A stretch of 64,000 bases of DNA, from assembly GCA_963733035.1 (NCBI GenBank), contig CAVTBU010000003.1, forward strand, positions 21,635 through 85,634, in the 5' to 3' direction. The position numbers and the translations under genes were made by a program. Within the stretch, counting starts at the first letter, position 1; each line of letters starts with the position of its first letter. The notes beneath the pieces were generated by a model that saw only the letters and a program-made list of their open reading frames with translations, was not told the DNA's origin and ran no database searches. Positions 53,019-62,831 of this stretch are shown here, one piece after another. This stretch comes from Pirellulales bacterium (GTDB lineage: Bacteria > Planctomycetota > Planctomycetia > Pirellulales > PALSA-1355).

Positions 53019-53164
53019 TGCATGTTGTCGCGCTGGGCGACGCCAATACAGTACAAACATAGTGAACGAGATAAGTCGGGCGAGTCTGGCGGCCTCCCGA
53101 CAGATTTGAAAGAACCCTTTCGCGGCTGCCACCGTGCAGCCCTTCACTCCGACTTTCGATCCCC

Positions 53165-56100
53165 ATGGCCGCCCGCATCATCATCTGGTCGCTTAACTAT
53201 CGTTGGTTGGTGGTCGCGATCGCAATCGTCTTTGCCATTGTCGGAGTCTTTTCCGGTCGGTCGTTGAATTTCGACGCCTTTCCGGACACGACGCCCGTTC
53301 AAGTGCAGATCAATACGCCGGCTCCGGCCCTGGTGCCCGAAGAGATCGAGCGGCTGATCACGTTTCCGGTGGAACTCGCGATTAGTGGCATGGCGGGCTT
53401 GGAGCAGGTGCGCTCGGTCTCGCAATTTGGCGCGTCGGCGGTGATCGCCACCTTTCGCGATGGGACCGACGTCTATCGCGCGCGACAGCAAATTAATGAG
53501 CGGCTGAGCACGGTCGAAGTGCCCGAGGGCATCGAGCGACCGACGATGGGGCCGGTTGCCACGGGTTTGGGAGAAGTTTTTCAATACACCCTTACCAGCC
53601 GCACGCTCGATGCGACAGAGCTGCGCACGCTGCACGACTGGGTGATCAAGCCCAAGATGCGGGCGGTGAGCGGTGTTGCAGAGGTCAACTCCTGGGGCGG
53701 CCTGGAGAAGGAATATCAGGTACGCATTGATCCGACGAAGTTACTGCGTCATGAAGTTTCGTTCGACGAAGTCGTGGATGCGGTTCGTGAGAACAACCTG
53801 AACGTTGGGGGCGGCAACATCAACGAAAACGCCACCGGCGAGATGTTGCTCGTGCAGGGCGTGGGCCGGACGTCCAGCGTCGACCAGATCGCGAACATCG
53901 TCGTTACCGCCAAGCAGGGCGTGCCGATCCGCGTGGCCGACGTGGCCGACGTCGTGATCGGTCACCAGTTGCGCAAAGGGGCCGTGACCGCCAACGGACA
54001 AGGCGAGGTGGTGCTGGGACTCGGGTTCATGCTGATGGGCGAGAACAGCTATGCCGTGACCCATCGTCTGAAAGACAAAATGGAACAAGTCAAGCAGACG
54101 CTGCCTGCCGGGGTCGAAGTCGCCACGGTGTATGACCGCACGCGGCTGGTCGACCAGGTGATTGCCACGGTGCGGGCTAACCTGTTCGACGGGGCACTGC
54201 TGGTTACGGCCATCGTGTTTATCTTTCTGGGCAACCTGCGGGCCGGGCTGATTGTGGCGCTGGCGATACCGTTCTCGATGCTGTTTGCTTTTTCCGGCAT
54301 GCTGCAACTGGGCATCGCCGGAACTCTCCTGAGTTTGGGGGCGATTGACTTTGGCATCGTGGTGGATAGTTCGCTGGTCGTGATTGAGAGCATTCTGCGG
54401 CGAATCGCCCATTTGGGCGACAACGATCCGGCGCTGGTCCGCGACGCCACGATCGAAGTGCGGCAGCCCACGACGTTTGGGCAATTGATCATCATGATCG
54501 TCTACCTGCCGATTCTCAGTTTGCAAGGGGTCGAAGGCCGCATGTTCCGGCCGATGGCCTTGACGGTTATCCTGGTGCTGATTGGCTCGTTGATTTTGTC
54601 TCTGACGCTGATGCCCGTCTTGGCGAGCTTCCTGTTGCCGCGACGCATCGAAGAAAAAGATCCGTTGATCGTGCGGTTGGCAAAGCGGATCTATCAGCCA
54701 CTGTTGGGTGCAGCGCTCAAGTCAAAACTTGCGGTGCTAGGTTTCGCTACCGGCGGACTCGCGACGGCGGTCTATTTGGCGATGGGGCTGGGAACCGAGT
54801 TCGTGCCTCGACTGTCAGAGGGCGACGTCGTGGTTGGCGTCCTGCGACCGGCCGGAACCCACTTGTCCGAGGCGATCGCCATTAACACCCGCATGGAGCG
54901 TCTGCTGCTCGAACACTTCCCGGACGAAGTCGATCACTTGTGGTGCCGTATGGGTGCGCCCGAGGTTGCTACGGACGCGGGCGACGTGCAGATATCAGAG
55001 ATCTTCGTGTCGCTCAAGCCGCGCGAACAATGGAGCAAGGCCCAATCGCAGGCCGAACTGATGGGGCTGATGAACGGGGTTATCGGCCGATTTCCGGGCC
55101 AGACCGTGTGGCTTACCCAGCCAATCGAGCAGCGCATCAATGAGATGGTTTCCGGCGTCCGAGCGGACGTGGCCCTAAAGCTATTCGGCGACGACATCGA
55201 CACGCTGGTGGCCAAGGGACGCGAACTCGAAAAGGCGTTGGGCTCGGTGCCTGGCTGTGTCGATCTGGCGACCGAGCAGATCAAGGGGCAGCCAATCCTG
55301 CAGATCAAAGTCGACCAGGACAGCATCGCGCGATATGGCCTCTCGGCGCGGACCGTGCTCGACCTGGTGGAGTCGGTGTCGAGCAAACCGCTGGGGGAAG
55401 TCATCGAAGGGCAACTTCGCTTTCCGCTTTCGGCCCGCTTGCCCGAATCGATGCGTGACAGTCCGGAGACAATAGCCAACATCATGATGTTGACGCCAAC
55501 TCGCGAACAGTTGCCGCTGTCGATGCTGGCCGATGTGAAGCGTGCCGAGGGGCCGAAAATGATTTCGCGCGAATGGAGTAAGCGGCGGATCACCGTGCAA
55601 TGCAATGTGCGCGGACGGGACATCGGCAGTTTCATTGCCGAGGCCCAACAGCGCGTGTCCAACGGCGTGCAGCTTCCCTACGGCTATTCGATCGAATGGG
55701 GCGGCCAGTTCGAAAACATGCAGCGGGCGCAACAGCGGTTGGCGGTGGTGGTGCCCTTGGCGCTGCTGTTGATCATCTTGCTGTTGTACGTGACGTACAA
55801 GAATGTCACGGACACGCTGTGCGTGTTCACCAGCGTGCCGCTGGCCTGTATCGGTGGCATTGGACTGCTTTGGCTGCGGGAAATGCCTATCTCGATTTCC
55901 GCGGCGGTCGGATTCATTACGCTTTCGGGCGTCTCGGTGCTGAATAGCATGGTCTTTGTTTCGGCGCTGCGAGACCTGCTGCGGCAAGGCGTGGATCCAG
56001 GCGAGGCGATCTCGACTGCCGCGATGACGCGTCTCCGCACTGTGATGATGACCGCGCTGGTGGCCAGCGTTGGGTTCGCGCCGATGGCGCTTTCCAACGG

Positions 56101-56242
56101 GATGGGCGCCGAAGTGCAGCGCCCGCTGGCTACGGTAGTGATTGGCGGCGTCATTTCCAGCACGGTGATGACCCTGTTCGTGATGCCCGCCCTGTACCGG
56201 TTGCTCGTGCGAGCCCGCTCCGAGCCCGTGGTGGTTGCCTAA
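53165..56242 (+). CDS. czcA: Heavy-metal efflux RND permease (CzcA/CusA family)
   Basis: DAFPDTT, GLGEVFQY, TM4 GAIDFGIVVD...IE, EGRMFRPMA and GAEVQRPLATVVIGG in a 1025-aa ORF. Confidence 0.92.
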   Translation: MAARIIIWSLNYRWLVVAIAIVFAIVGVFSGRSLNFDAFPDTTPVQVQINTPAPALVPEEIERLITFPVELAISGMAGLEQVRSVSQFGASAVIATFRDGTDVYRARQQINERLSTVEVPEGIERPTMGPVATGLGEVFQYTLTSRTLDATELRTLHDWVIKPKMRAVSGVAEVNSWGGLEKEYQVRIDPTKLLRHEVSFDEVVDAVRENNLNVGGGNINENATGEMLLVQGVGRTSSVDQIANIVVTAKQGVPIRVADVADVVIGHQLRKGAVTANGQGEVVLGLGFMLMGENSYAVTHRLKDKMEQVKQTLPAGVEVATVYDRTRLVDQVIATVRANLFDGALLVTAIVFIFLGNLRAGLIVALAIPFSMLFAFSGMLQLGIAGTLLSLGAIDFGIVVDSSLVVIESILRRIAHLGDNDPALVRDATIEVRQPTTFGQLIIMIVYLPILSLQGVEGRMFRPMALTVILVLIGSLILSLTLMPVLASFLLPRRIEEKDPLIVRLAKRIYQPLLGAALKSKLAVLGFATGGLATAVYLAMGLGTEFVPRLSEGDVVVGVLRPAGTHLSEAIAINTRMERLLLEHFPDEVDHLWCRMGAPEVATDAGDVQISEIFVSLKPREQWSKAQSQAELMGLMNGVIGRFPGQTVWLTQPIEQRINEMVSGVRADVALKLFGDDIDTLVAKGRELEKALGSVPGCVDLATEQIKGQPILQIKVDQDSIARYGLSARTVLDLVESVSSKPLGEVIEGQLRFPLSARLPESMRDSPETIANIMMLTPTREQLPLSMLADVKRAEGPKMISREWSKRRITVQCNVRGRDIGSFIAEAQQRVSNGVQLPYGYSIEWGGQFENMQRAQQRLAVVVPLALLLIILLLYVTYKNVTDTLCVFTSVPLACIGGIGLLWLREMPISISAAVGFITLSGVSVLNSMVFVSALRDLLRQGVDPGEAISTAAMTRLRTVMMTALVASVGFAPMALSNGMGAEVQRPLATVVIGGVISSTVMTLFVMPALYRLLVRARSEPVVVA

Positions 56243-56644
56243 ACCGAGGCGGCAAGCGGTTCACCAACGCTTCTGATGACACCATGCCACTTGGCGGCAT
56301 AGAAATCTGACCGCCCGCGGTGTTGCTGTCGTCGCTCCGCACCTTGGATATTCCGCCACGGAATGGCCAGAAAGAACAGATGCAGTTCAAGTGCGGTTCC
56401 TCGAAATCCGATGCATCAAGTGGCGATTTGCGCGTTTCTGCCAATCCGGCGAGCGCGTACGTCGTCAACGCCCTCCGAATCGGCAAAGCTGTCCTAGACT
56501 GCCGACGTTCGCGATCAAAAGCCTGCCCTCGTCCCGCCTCGATTCACTTCGCATCGTTGCCTGAGTGCCTGGCTGACAGTTCGACGCGTGTTCGAGATGC
56601 GCGGCACGCCGCTGCTTGCGCCTGAGTTGGGTAGGGAAGCCCAG

Positions 56645-58739
56645 ATGCATTCACAACGTCCACTTGCCAGCAAGTTGCTGATGGCAATCGCCATTGCGAT
56701 CGCCTATCCATGCGCTCTTGAGGCACAGCAAGCGGGCGAGAATGCCCCGGGGCCAGCAGCCGCGGCCACCGATTCAACACAATCGGAAGCGCAATTGGGC
56801 GGCGGCCTCTCGACGGACATGAAGCTCGACGACCTCGTCAAACAGGACGTCGTCGTTCCGGCATTGAGCCAGGTGGTCGAAACGGCTGAACGCCAGGTCA
56901 GCACCGTGGGCCGAACGCCGGCGGCGGTGTTTGTCATCACGCAAGAGATGATCAAGCGGAGCGGCGCACGCTATGTGCCGGAAGTCCTGCGAATGGCTCC
57001 GGGGGTCTCGGTGGCCAAGATCGATTCCAGCACGTGGGCGATCACGGCGCGCGGTTTCGAAGGACGGTATGCGAACAAGCTGCTGGTGCAGATCGACAAC
57101 CGCGTTGTCTATTCGCCCACGACTTTCGGCGGCGTCTTTTGGGACGTGCAGTACCTGCCGCTGACGGACATCGAGCGGATTGAAGTGATTCGCGGTCCGG
57201 GAACCACCACCTGGGGTTCAAACGCCGTGAATGGCGTGATCAACATCATCACCAAGAAGGCCAGCGATACGCAAGGGCCAATGATTCAGTCGGGAGGCGG
57301 TAATCAGGAGCAGGATTTCAATACCGTGCAATACGGTAGCAAGTCGGGTGATATTGCCTGGCGAGCTTGGGGCCAGCAGTTTGATCGGAACAAGGGCTGG
57401 AGTCCTAACGATATTCAGGACCAATGGCGCCAACAACGCACGGGCTTCCGGGCCGATTGGAGTTTGTCGCGCGAGGAGAATCTGACCGTTGAGGGCGATC
57501 TCTACAACGGCTACGAGGGACAGCAGTTCACCAATACGATTCGTGATCCTCCCGGCCGAGCGACGGTGGCCGACCAAATCCATGTGAGCGGTGGCGACAT
57601 CCTGCTGCGCTATGACCGCATGCAGGACGAAGACACCGGCTGGAAGTGCTGGGCGTACTACGACAAGATGCGGCGCAATAATACCGCGTTTGCGTTTACC
57701 CAGGACATGTACGACCTGGACTGTCAGTACCAGTTCAAGACCGGAGAGAATCATAGTTGGATTGCCGGGGCAAACTACCGACTGGTGCAGGACTTCACGC
57801 GAGGCAGCTTTTCGTTTTTCATGACGCCGCCGTCGTTCACGACCAATTGGGCGAGTGTCTTTGCGCAAGACACGATTACCCTCGTTGACGAGTACATGTA
57901 TTTCACCGTCGGCGTTCGGTTGGAATACAACACGTTTGGCGGGTTCCAGCCCGAACCAACCGCGCGCCTCCTGATCTTGCCGAGTGAGCGAGAAAGCTTG
58001 TGGCTTGCCGTCTCGCGCAGCGCGAAATCCGACGCGGTGGGACACAGGGGTGAATGAACGTGTTTACGCCGGGGGAAACTCCTTCTTCAACGCGCAGGGT
58101 AACCCCAACCTGAGAGCCGAGGGGTTGGTGGCCTACGAGATCGGCTATCGTGCCGCCCCGACGGACGATTTCACCTGGGATATTGCCGCGTATTTCAACG
58201 ACTACAACAGTCTGCAGGGCTTCGGCAATCCGGGCACGCCATACGTCATTCCGCCGCCGCCGAACGCGGTCGTGATTATTCCGGTGCCGTTTGCCAACAA
58301 CACACGAGCTCAAACCTGGGGTGCTGAGCTGACGGCCACGTACGAATTCACCGAGAAGTGGCGGCTGACCGGCAACTACACGGTATTCGAGGCGAATGCA
58401 CAATCATCGGAGCCGGCACTGATCGACACGACGGTGCGAATCATCGAAGGGGGGACGCCACACAACCAGGTTTATCTGCGGTCGTCATGGGACTGGGGCA
58501 GCAACGTTCAGTTTGATTTGATCGGTCGGTACATGGATCGGGTGACGGCGCTCGACGTTCCCAAGTACATCGAAATGGACACCGTTCTTTCGTGGCACGC
58601 GTCACCGGCATTGGACCTGAGCCTGGTCGGACAGAACCTGCTGCAGGCGCACCATCTCGAATACACGGATTGGCAAACCGGCATGCAATCGACGCAAGTG
58701 GTTCGGGGCGTCTATGGAATGTTGACCTGGATGCACTAG
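56645..58739 (+). CDS. TonB-dependent receptor (plug plus barrel; frameshift at ~58015)
   Basis: Signal peptide, plug motifs PAAVFVITQEMIKRSG...LRMAPG and IERIEVIRGPG...NAVNGVINIITK, barrel motifs GNPNLRAE...YEIGYR and GQNLL. The two ORFs join as AVSRAARNPTR if one GC dinucleotide is restored at 58013-58018. Confidence 0.88.
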
Positions 58740-58835
58740 ATTTCCACGGGGCAATGGACTGTTTTGGAATCTACCGCCAGATATTTTGAGCAGATCCCTC
58801 GAAGCGCGGTGCGCGTTGCCACACTGGCGAGCGCC

Positions 58836-59417
58836 ATGCGGTGGTGCGCGCAGCATGCGCCCTGCCGGCTGCTGCTGAGCGGGGTCCTCATTTGTCTCCT
58901 GGCGCAATTCGCAAGTGCCCAACCCGACGTCATCAATCGAGAGCACACGCTGAAGGCTCTCTTTATTTACAACTTTGGCAGCTACGTCGAGTGGCCCCCG
59001 GCGGCGTTTAGTAGCGACGGTCGCTCGTTCGTCATTGGCGTGCTTGGATCTTCACCGGTGGAGTCGACACTACGGGAAATCGCGGCCACCAAGACAATCA
59101 ACGGACGGCGCATCGCGATCGAAAGGTTCAACTCGGCAGCCGCGGTTCGGCCGTGCCAAATCCTGTTTGTGGCCGGTGAAGTTAGCCCAAGCGAACAGCA
59201 GGCAGCCATCCAGCGACTGGGCGATGCACCGGTATTGGTCGTGGGGGAGTCCGCGGGTTTTGCGCAACGTGGCGCCGCGGTGAACTTCTTTATCGAGGCC
59301 AATAAGATTCGATTCGAGATCAACGTGGACGCCGCGCGGCAGCGCGAATTGAAGATCAGTGCGAAGCTCCTGGCGCTGGCCAAAATTGTGGGTCAAGGCA
59401 GCGCCGCACGCCGTTAG
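58836..59417 (+). CDS. yfiR: YfiR-family periplasmic protein
   Basis: Signal peptide, KALFIYNFGSYVEWP, CQILFV and RFEINVDAA...LKISAKLL.LA. Start could be as early as 58764. Confidence 0.85.
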   Translation: MRWCAQHAPCRLLLSGVLICLLAQFASAQPDVINREHTLKALFIYNFGSYVEWPPAAFSSDGRSFVIGVLGSSPVESTLREIAATKTINGRRIAIERFNSAAAVRPCQILFVAGEVSPSEQQAAIQRLGDAPVLVVGESAGFAQRGAAVNFFIEANKIRFEINVDAARQRELKISAKLLALAKIVGQGSAARR

Positions 59418-59432
59418 ATTTGGATCCAAGTT

Positions 59433-61118
59433 ATGCGCAGTTATAAAGACCTGGCCATCAATACGAAACTGACGCTGTTGGTCGTGCTATCCGGCAGCGC
59501 GGCGTTGATGCTGTCCTGCGTCGCGTTTGTGATCAACGATATTCGCATGATCCGTTTTTCCATGATCAATGAGATGTCCACTTTGGCCGAGGTGCTCGGG
59601 TCGAACAGCACTGCGGCCCTTAGCTTCGACGATGCGAAAACGGCCGGCGAACTATTGATGTCGCTCGAAAAACAGCCCGACGTCGAACTGGCCTGTATCT
59701 ACGACGCAAGCGGCCGCGTGTTTGCCACCTTCTACCGTGGTGTTTCGCCCCCGATCGCTCCCCCGGCGCCGCCTCCGACGGGCTATGAGTTTACCGCCGA
59801 CGGCTACTTGGACGTGACGAGACGGATCGACCATGATGGTCACAAGCTTGGCACGATTTACTTGCACTCAAGCATGGGCAAGCTCTACGACCAGGTCTTC
59901 TGGTATATCAACATCGTCGCGGTGGTCATGATCGGGTCGCTGGCGGCGTCCATCGCATTTTCGTCACGACTTCAGCGGGCGATCTCGACGCCAATTCTGC
60001 AACTGGCCGACGCCGCCGAGCAGGTTTCGGCGGAAAACAACTATGACATTCGCGTAACGAAGATTGCCGACGACGAGCTGGGAACTCTCTACGACCAGTT
60101 CAATGCAATGTTGGAACAAATCCAGCAACGCGACGCCGCGATCAAGCGGGCCAACGATGAACTAGAGGCCAAGGTCGACAAGCGCACGCTGGAACTTTCG
60201 AGCGCCAACCAGGAACTGAAACACGAAATTTCAGTTCGTTTGCGCGCGGAAAAGGAACTCGCCGCGACACAGCAGCAGCTAATGGACTCGGCGCGGCGGG
60301 CGGGGATGGCCGAGATCGCCACCGGCGTGCTACACAACGTGGGCAACGTCTTAAACAGCATCAATGTATCCGCCACACTGGCCTCAGACCGCTTGCGGCA
60401 GTCGAAAGTGAGCGACCTGGCTCGCGTGGTGCAACTCATTGAGCGGCATCACGACGATTTGGCGGCGTTTATCACGGCCGATCCCAAAGGCAAGCAGCTG
60501 GTGCCCTTTCTGGGATTGCTTTCCACGCACCTGGCTGACGAGCGCGTGGACATCCTCAAGGAGCTCGAGCTGCTCAGTTCGAAGATCGACCATATCAAGG
60601 CGATCGTTTCCACGCAGCAATCCTATGCCGGGGTTTCGGGCGTGACGGAGACGGTCGACGTTGGAACGCTGCTCGACGACGCCATGAAACTCAATTCCGC
60701 ATCGCTCGAGCGCCACAACATCCGTATTCACCGCGAGTACGGCGATTTGCCGCTCGTGCGGCTCGACAAGCAAAAGACGCTGCAGATCCTCGTCAACTTG
60801 ATCAAGAATGCCAAGGACGCCTGCGCCGAATCACGTGAGCCCGATCGTCAGGTAATACTCAAAACTCGGTTGGCCGAGGGCGGGACGATACAGATCCAGG
60901 TCATCGACAACGGCGTCGGCATTCCGCGCGATTCGCTAACACAGATCTTTTCACACGGCTATACCACCAAACGGACGGGCCATGGATTCGGACTGCATAG
61001 CTGCGCCAACGCTGCTCAAGAACTGGGAGGCTCGCTGATGGCCTACAGCGAAGGCGTTGGCCGAGGCGCAACGTTTGTCCTGGAACTTCCCTTCGAGCCA
61101 GCGGAGGTCATGGCATGA
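59433..61118 (+). CDS. Membrane sensor histidine kinase (CHASE8-like periplasmic domain, HAMP, HisKA/HATPase)
   Basis: TM, then LAEVLGSNSTAALSFDD...ACIYDASGRVFA, second TM, HAMP DELGTLYDQFNAML, H-box EIATGVLHNVGN, N-box NLIKNA, G1 DNGVGI and G2 GHGFGL. Confidence 0.92.
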   Translation: MRSYKDLAINTKLTLLVVLSGSAALMLSCVAFVINDIRMIRFSMINEMSTLAEVLGSNSTAALSFDDAKTAGELLMSLEKQPDVELACIYDASGRVFATFYRGVSPPIAPPAPPPTGYEFTADGYLDVTRRIDHDGHKLGTIYLHSSMGKLYDQVFWYINIVAVVMIGSLAASIAFSSRLQRAISTPILQLADAAEQVSAENNYDIRVTKIADDELGTLYDQFNAMLEQIQQRDAAIKRANDELEAKVDKRTLELSSANQELKHEISVRLRAEKELAATQQQLMDSARRAGMAEIATGVLHNVGNVLNSINVSATLASDRLRQSKVSDLARVVQLIERHHDDLAAFITADPKGKQLVPFLGLLSTHLADERVDILKELELLSSKIDHIKAIVSTQQSYAGVSGVTETVDVGTLLDDAMKLNSASLERHNIRIHREYGDLPLVRLDKQKTLQILVNLIKNAKDACAESREPDRQVILKTRLAEGGTIQIQVIDNGVGIPRDSLTQIFSHGYTTKRTGHGFGLHSCANAAQELGGSLMAYSEGVGRGATFVLELPFEPAEVMA

Positions 61119-62809
61119 ACCAGCCTCCGGCGCACCGCATCCTGGTGATCGACGACCAGGCGGCGATTCACGAAGACTACCGCAAGGTTCTCAGTAAGCA
61201 GGCCGCCAGCTCGACGTCGGCTCTCGAGCGAGCCGCGGCGGAGCTGTTTGACGACGACCCTGAAACGATCGTTACTTGGGAAGGATTTGAAGTTGACTCC
61301 GCCTTTCAGGGACAAGAAGGACTTGAGCTGGTCGAGCGGGCCGTCGCCGAGCGACGACCGTATGCGCTGGCATTCGTCGACATTCGCATGCCGCCAGGCT
61401 GGGACGGCGTGGAAACCGTGCGTCGAATCTGGGAGGTCGACCCGGAAGTATTGGTCGTCATTTGCTCGGCCTACTCGGATTACTCCTGGCAGGAGATGGT
61501 CCGGGAATTGGGAAGAAACGACCGTTACCTGATTCTGCGAAAGCCGTTCGACAATATCGAAGTTCGCCAGTTTGCGATGGCGCTCACCGAACGCTGGAGC
61601 CAGTCGCGAACGGACGAACTAACCGGGCTGCTAAACCGACGTGCCCTTGGCAGCTATCTTGATCTCGAATGGAAGCGTTCGGTGCAGCAACGCCTACCGC
61701 TATCATGTGCGATGCTCGACCTGGATCATTTCAAACGAGTCAACGACTCATTCGGCCATCAGGCGGGCGATGACGTTCTGAAGCAAGTGGCGCATGCGCT
61801 ATCGGCGAAGTGTCGTGCCAGCGACTCAATCTATCGGTACGGCGGCGAGGAAGTTTGCGTGCTGTTGCCCCAAACGTCCGAACAGGACGCAGTCGCTTGG
61901 GCCGAAAGAGCCCGCCGGGCCATCGATGCGACTCCGTTCCTGCTGGGCAATCGCCAGCTGCGGGTGACGGTCAGCATCGGAGTTGCCGAACGGTCGGCCG
62001 AGGATGGCACTCCCGAACTCCTGATCGATCGCGCAGACCAGGCGCTAATCCTGGCTAAGTCCGCTGGACGCAATCGTGTCTGTGCCAATTCGACCGTAGG
62101 CACGGCGGGCAGTCAGGCCCACAATCTGTGGGCTGAAGTCCCACTGGCCGAATTGATGAGCACGACGTTTGTCGCCCTGCGATCGTCTGCAACCGTGGCC
62201 GACGCCTTGCAGTTATTGGTGCATTCTCCAATGGGTGCGGTCCCTGTCGTGAATGCAGAGGGTCAACTGGTCGGTGTTCTGGCAGAACAGGATTTGCTGG
62301 GTCTGGTGCCGACCGGCAAACAATTGCAGGAGCCCGTCGAGAATATCATGAGTGAGGAGTTTGAGACCCACGCGTTCGACTCCCCCGCTTCCGCAGTTGT
62401 CGCCTCGCTTGAGCGCCCGGGCGTAAACTTCGTCTTTGTGCTGCGCGACGGACGCCCGCTTGGCATCGTCAGTCGTGGCAGCCTATTGCACTATTGGTCC
62501 AAACGCTCCGTCGTGCAGACGAACGTGAACGCGGCTGGCGGTTTATGTCTATTCGGCCAGGTTGAACCCGCCCGCCTGACTCGTTGTGCGGAGCGTTTGG
62601 CCGAATTGGCGGCACAAATACTGCAAGAAAGCCGGCGTTCGACGGTCGAGTCTGGGCAGCTGTCGATTGCACAGCTTGCAAGTCTTCAGTCGCTCGTGGG
62701 CAACACGTGGGAATTCTTGCTGCGTGACAACCTTCCGCCGGTTGTCGGGCAAGGGCCGGATTTCGGTGGTTTTGGGGCACCCGACGCACCACTGGCCCCT
62801 TTGGGGTAG
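61115..62809 (+). CDS. Response-regulator diguanylate cyclase with C-terminal CBS pair (REC-GGDEF-CBS-CBS)
   Basis: REC: ILVIDD, FVDIRMPPGWDG, KPF. GGDEF: DELTGLLNRR, DLDHFKRVNDSFGH..GD, RASD I-site, RYGGEEV. CBS: VPVVNAEGQLVGVL and LGIVSRGSLL. ATGA overlap with the kinase. Confidence 0.9.
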   Translation: MNQPPAHRILVIDDQAAIHEDYRKVLSKQAASSTSALERAAAELFDDDPETIVTWEGFEVDSAFQGQEGLELVERAVAERRPYALAFVDIRMPPGWDGVETVRRIWEVDPEVLVVICSAYSDYSWQEMVRELGRNDRYLILRKPFDNIEVRQFAMALTERWSQSRTDELTGLLNRRALGSYLDLEWKRSVQQRLPLSCAMLDLDHFKRVNDSFGHQAGDDVLKQVAHALSAKCRASDSIYRYGGEEVCVLLPQTSEQDAVAWAERARRAIDATPFLLGNRQLRVTVSIGVAERSAEDGTPELLIDRADQALILAKSAGRNRVCANSTVGTAGSQAHNLWAEVPLAELMSTTFVALRSSATVADALQLLVHSPMGAVPVVNAEGQLVGVLAEQDLLGLVPTGKQLQEPVENIMSEEFETHAFDSPASAVVASLERPGVNFVFVLRDGRPLGIVSRGSLLHYWSKRSVVQTNVNAAGGLCLFGQVEPARLTRCAERLAELAAQILQESRRSTVESGQLSIAQLASLQSLVGNTWEFLLRDNLPPVVGQGPDFGGFGAPDAPLAPLG

Positions 62810-62831
62810 ATTTTCAAAAGAGGGCGCCATC

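Noticed and set aside
56243..56644. Riboswitch (e.g. cobalamin) or small ORF upstream of the TonB-dependent receptor
   Set aside because: Only isolated fragments such as GGGAAG and GCCACT in no convincing order. ORFs 56151..56486- and 56320..56625+ lack RBS and recognisable motifs. A covariance-model search would settle it.
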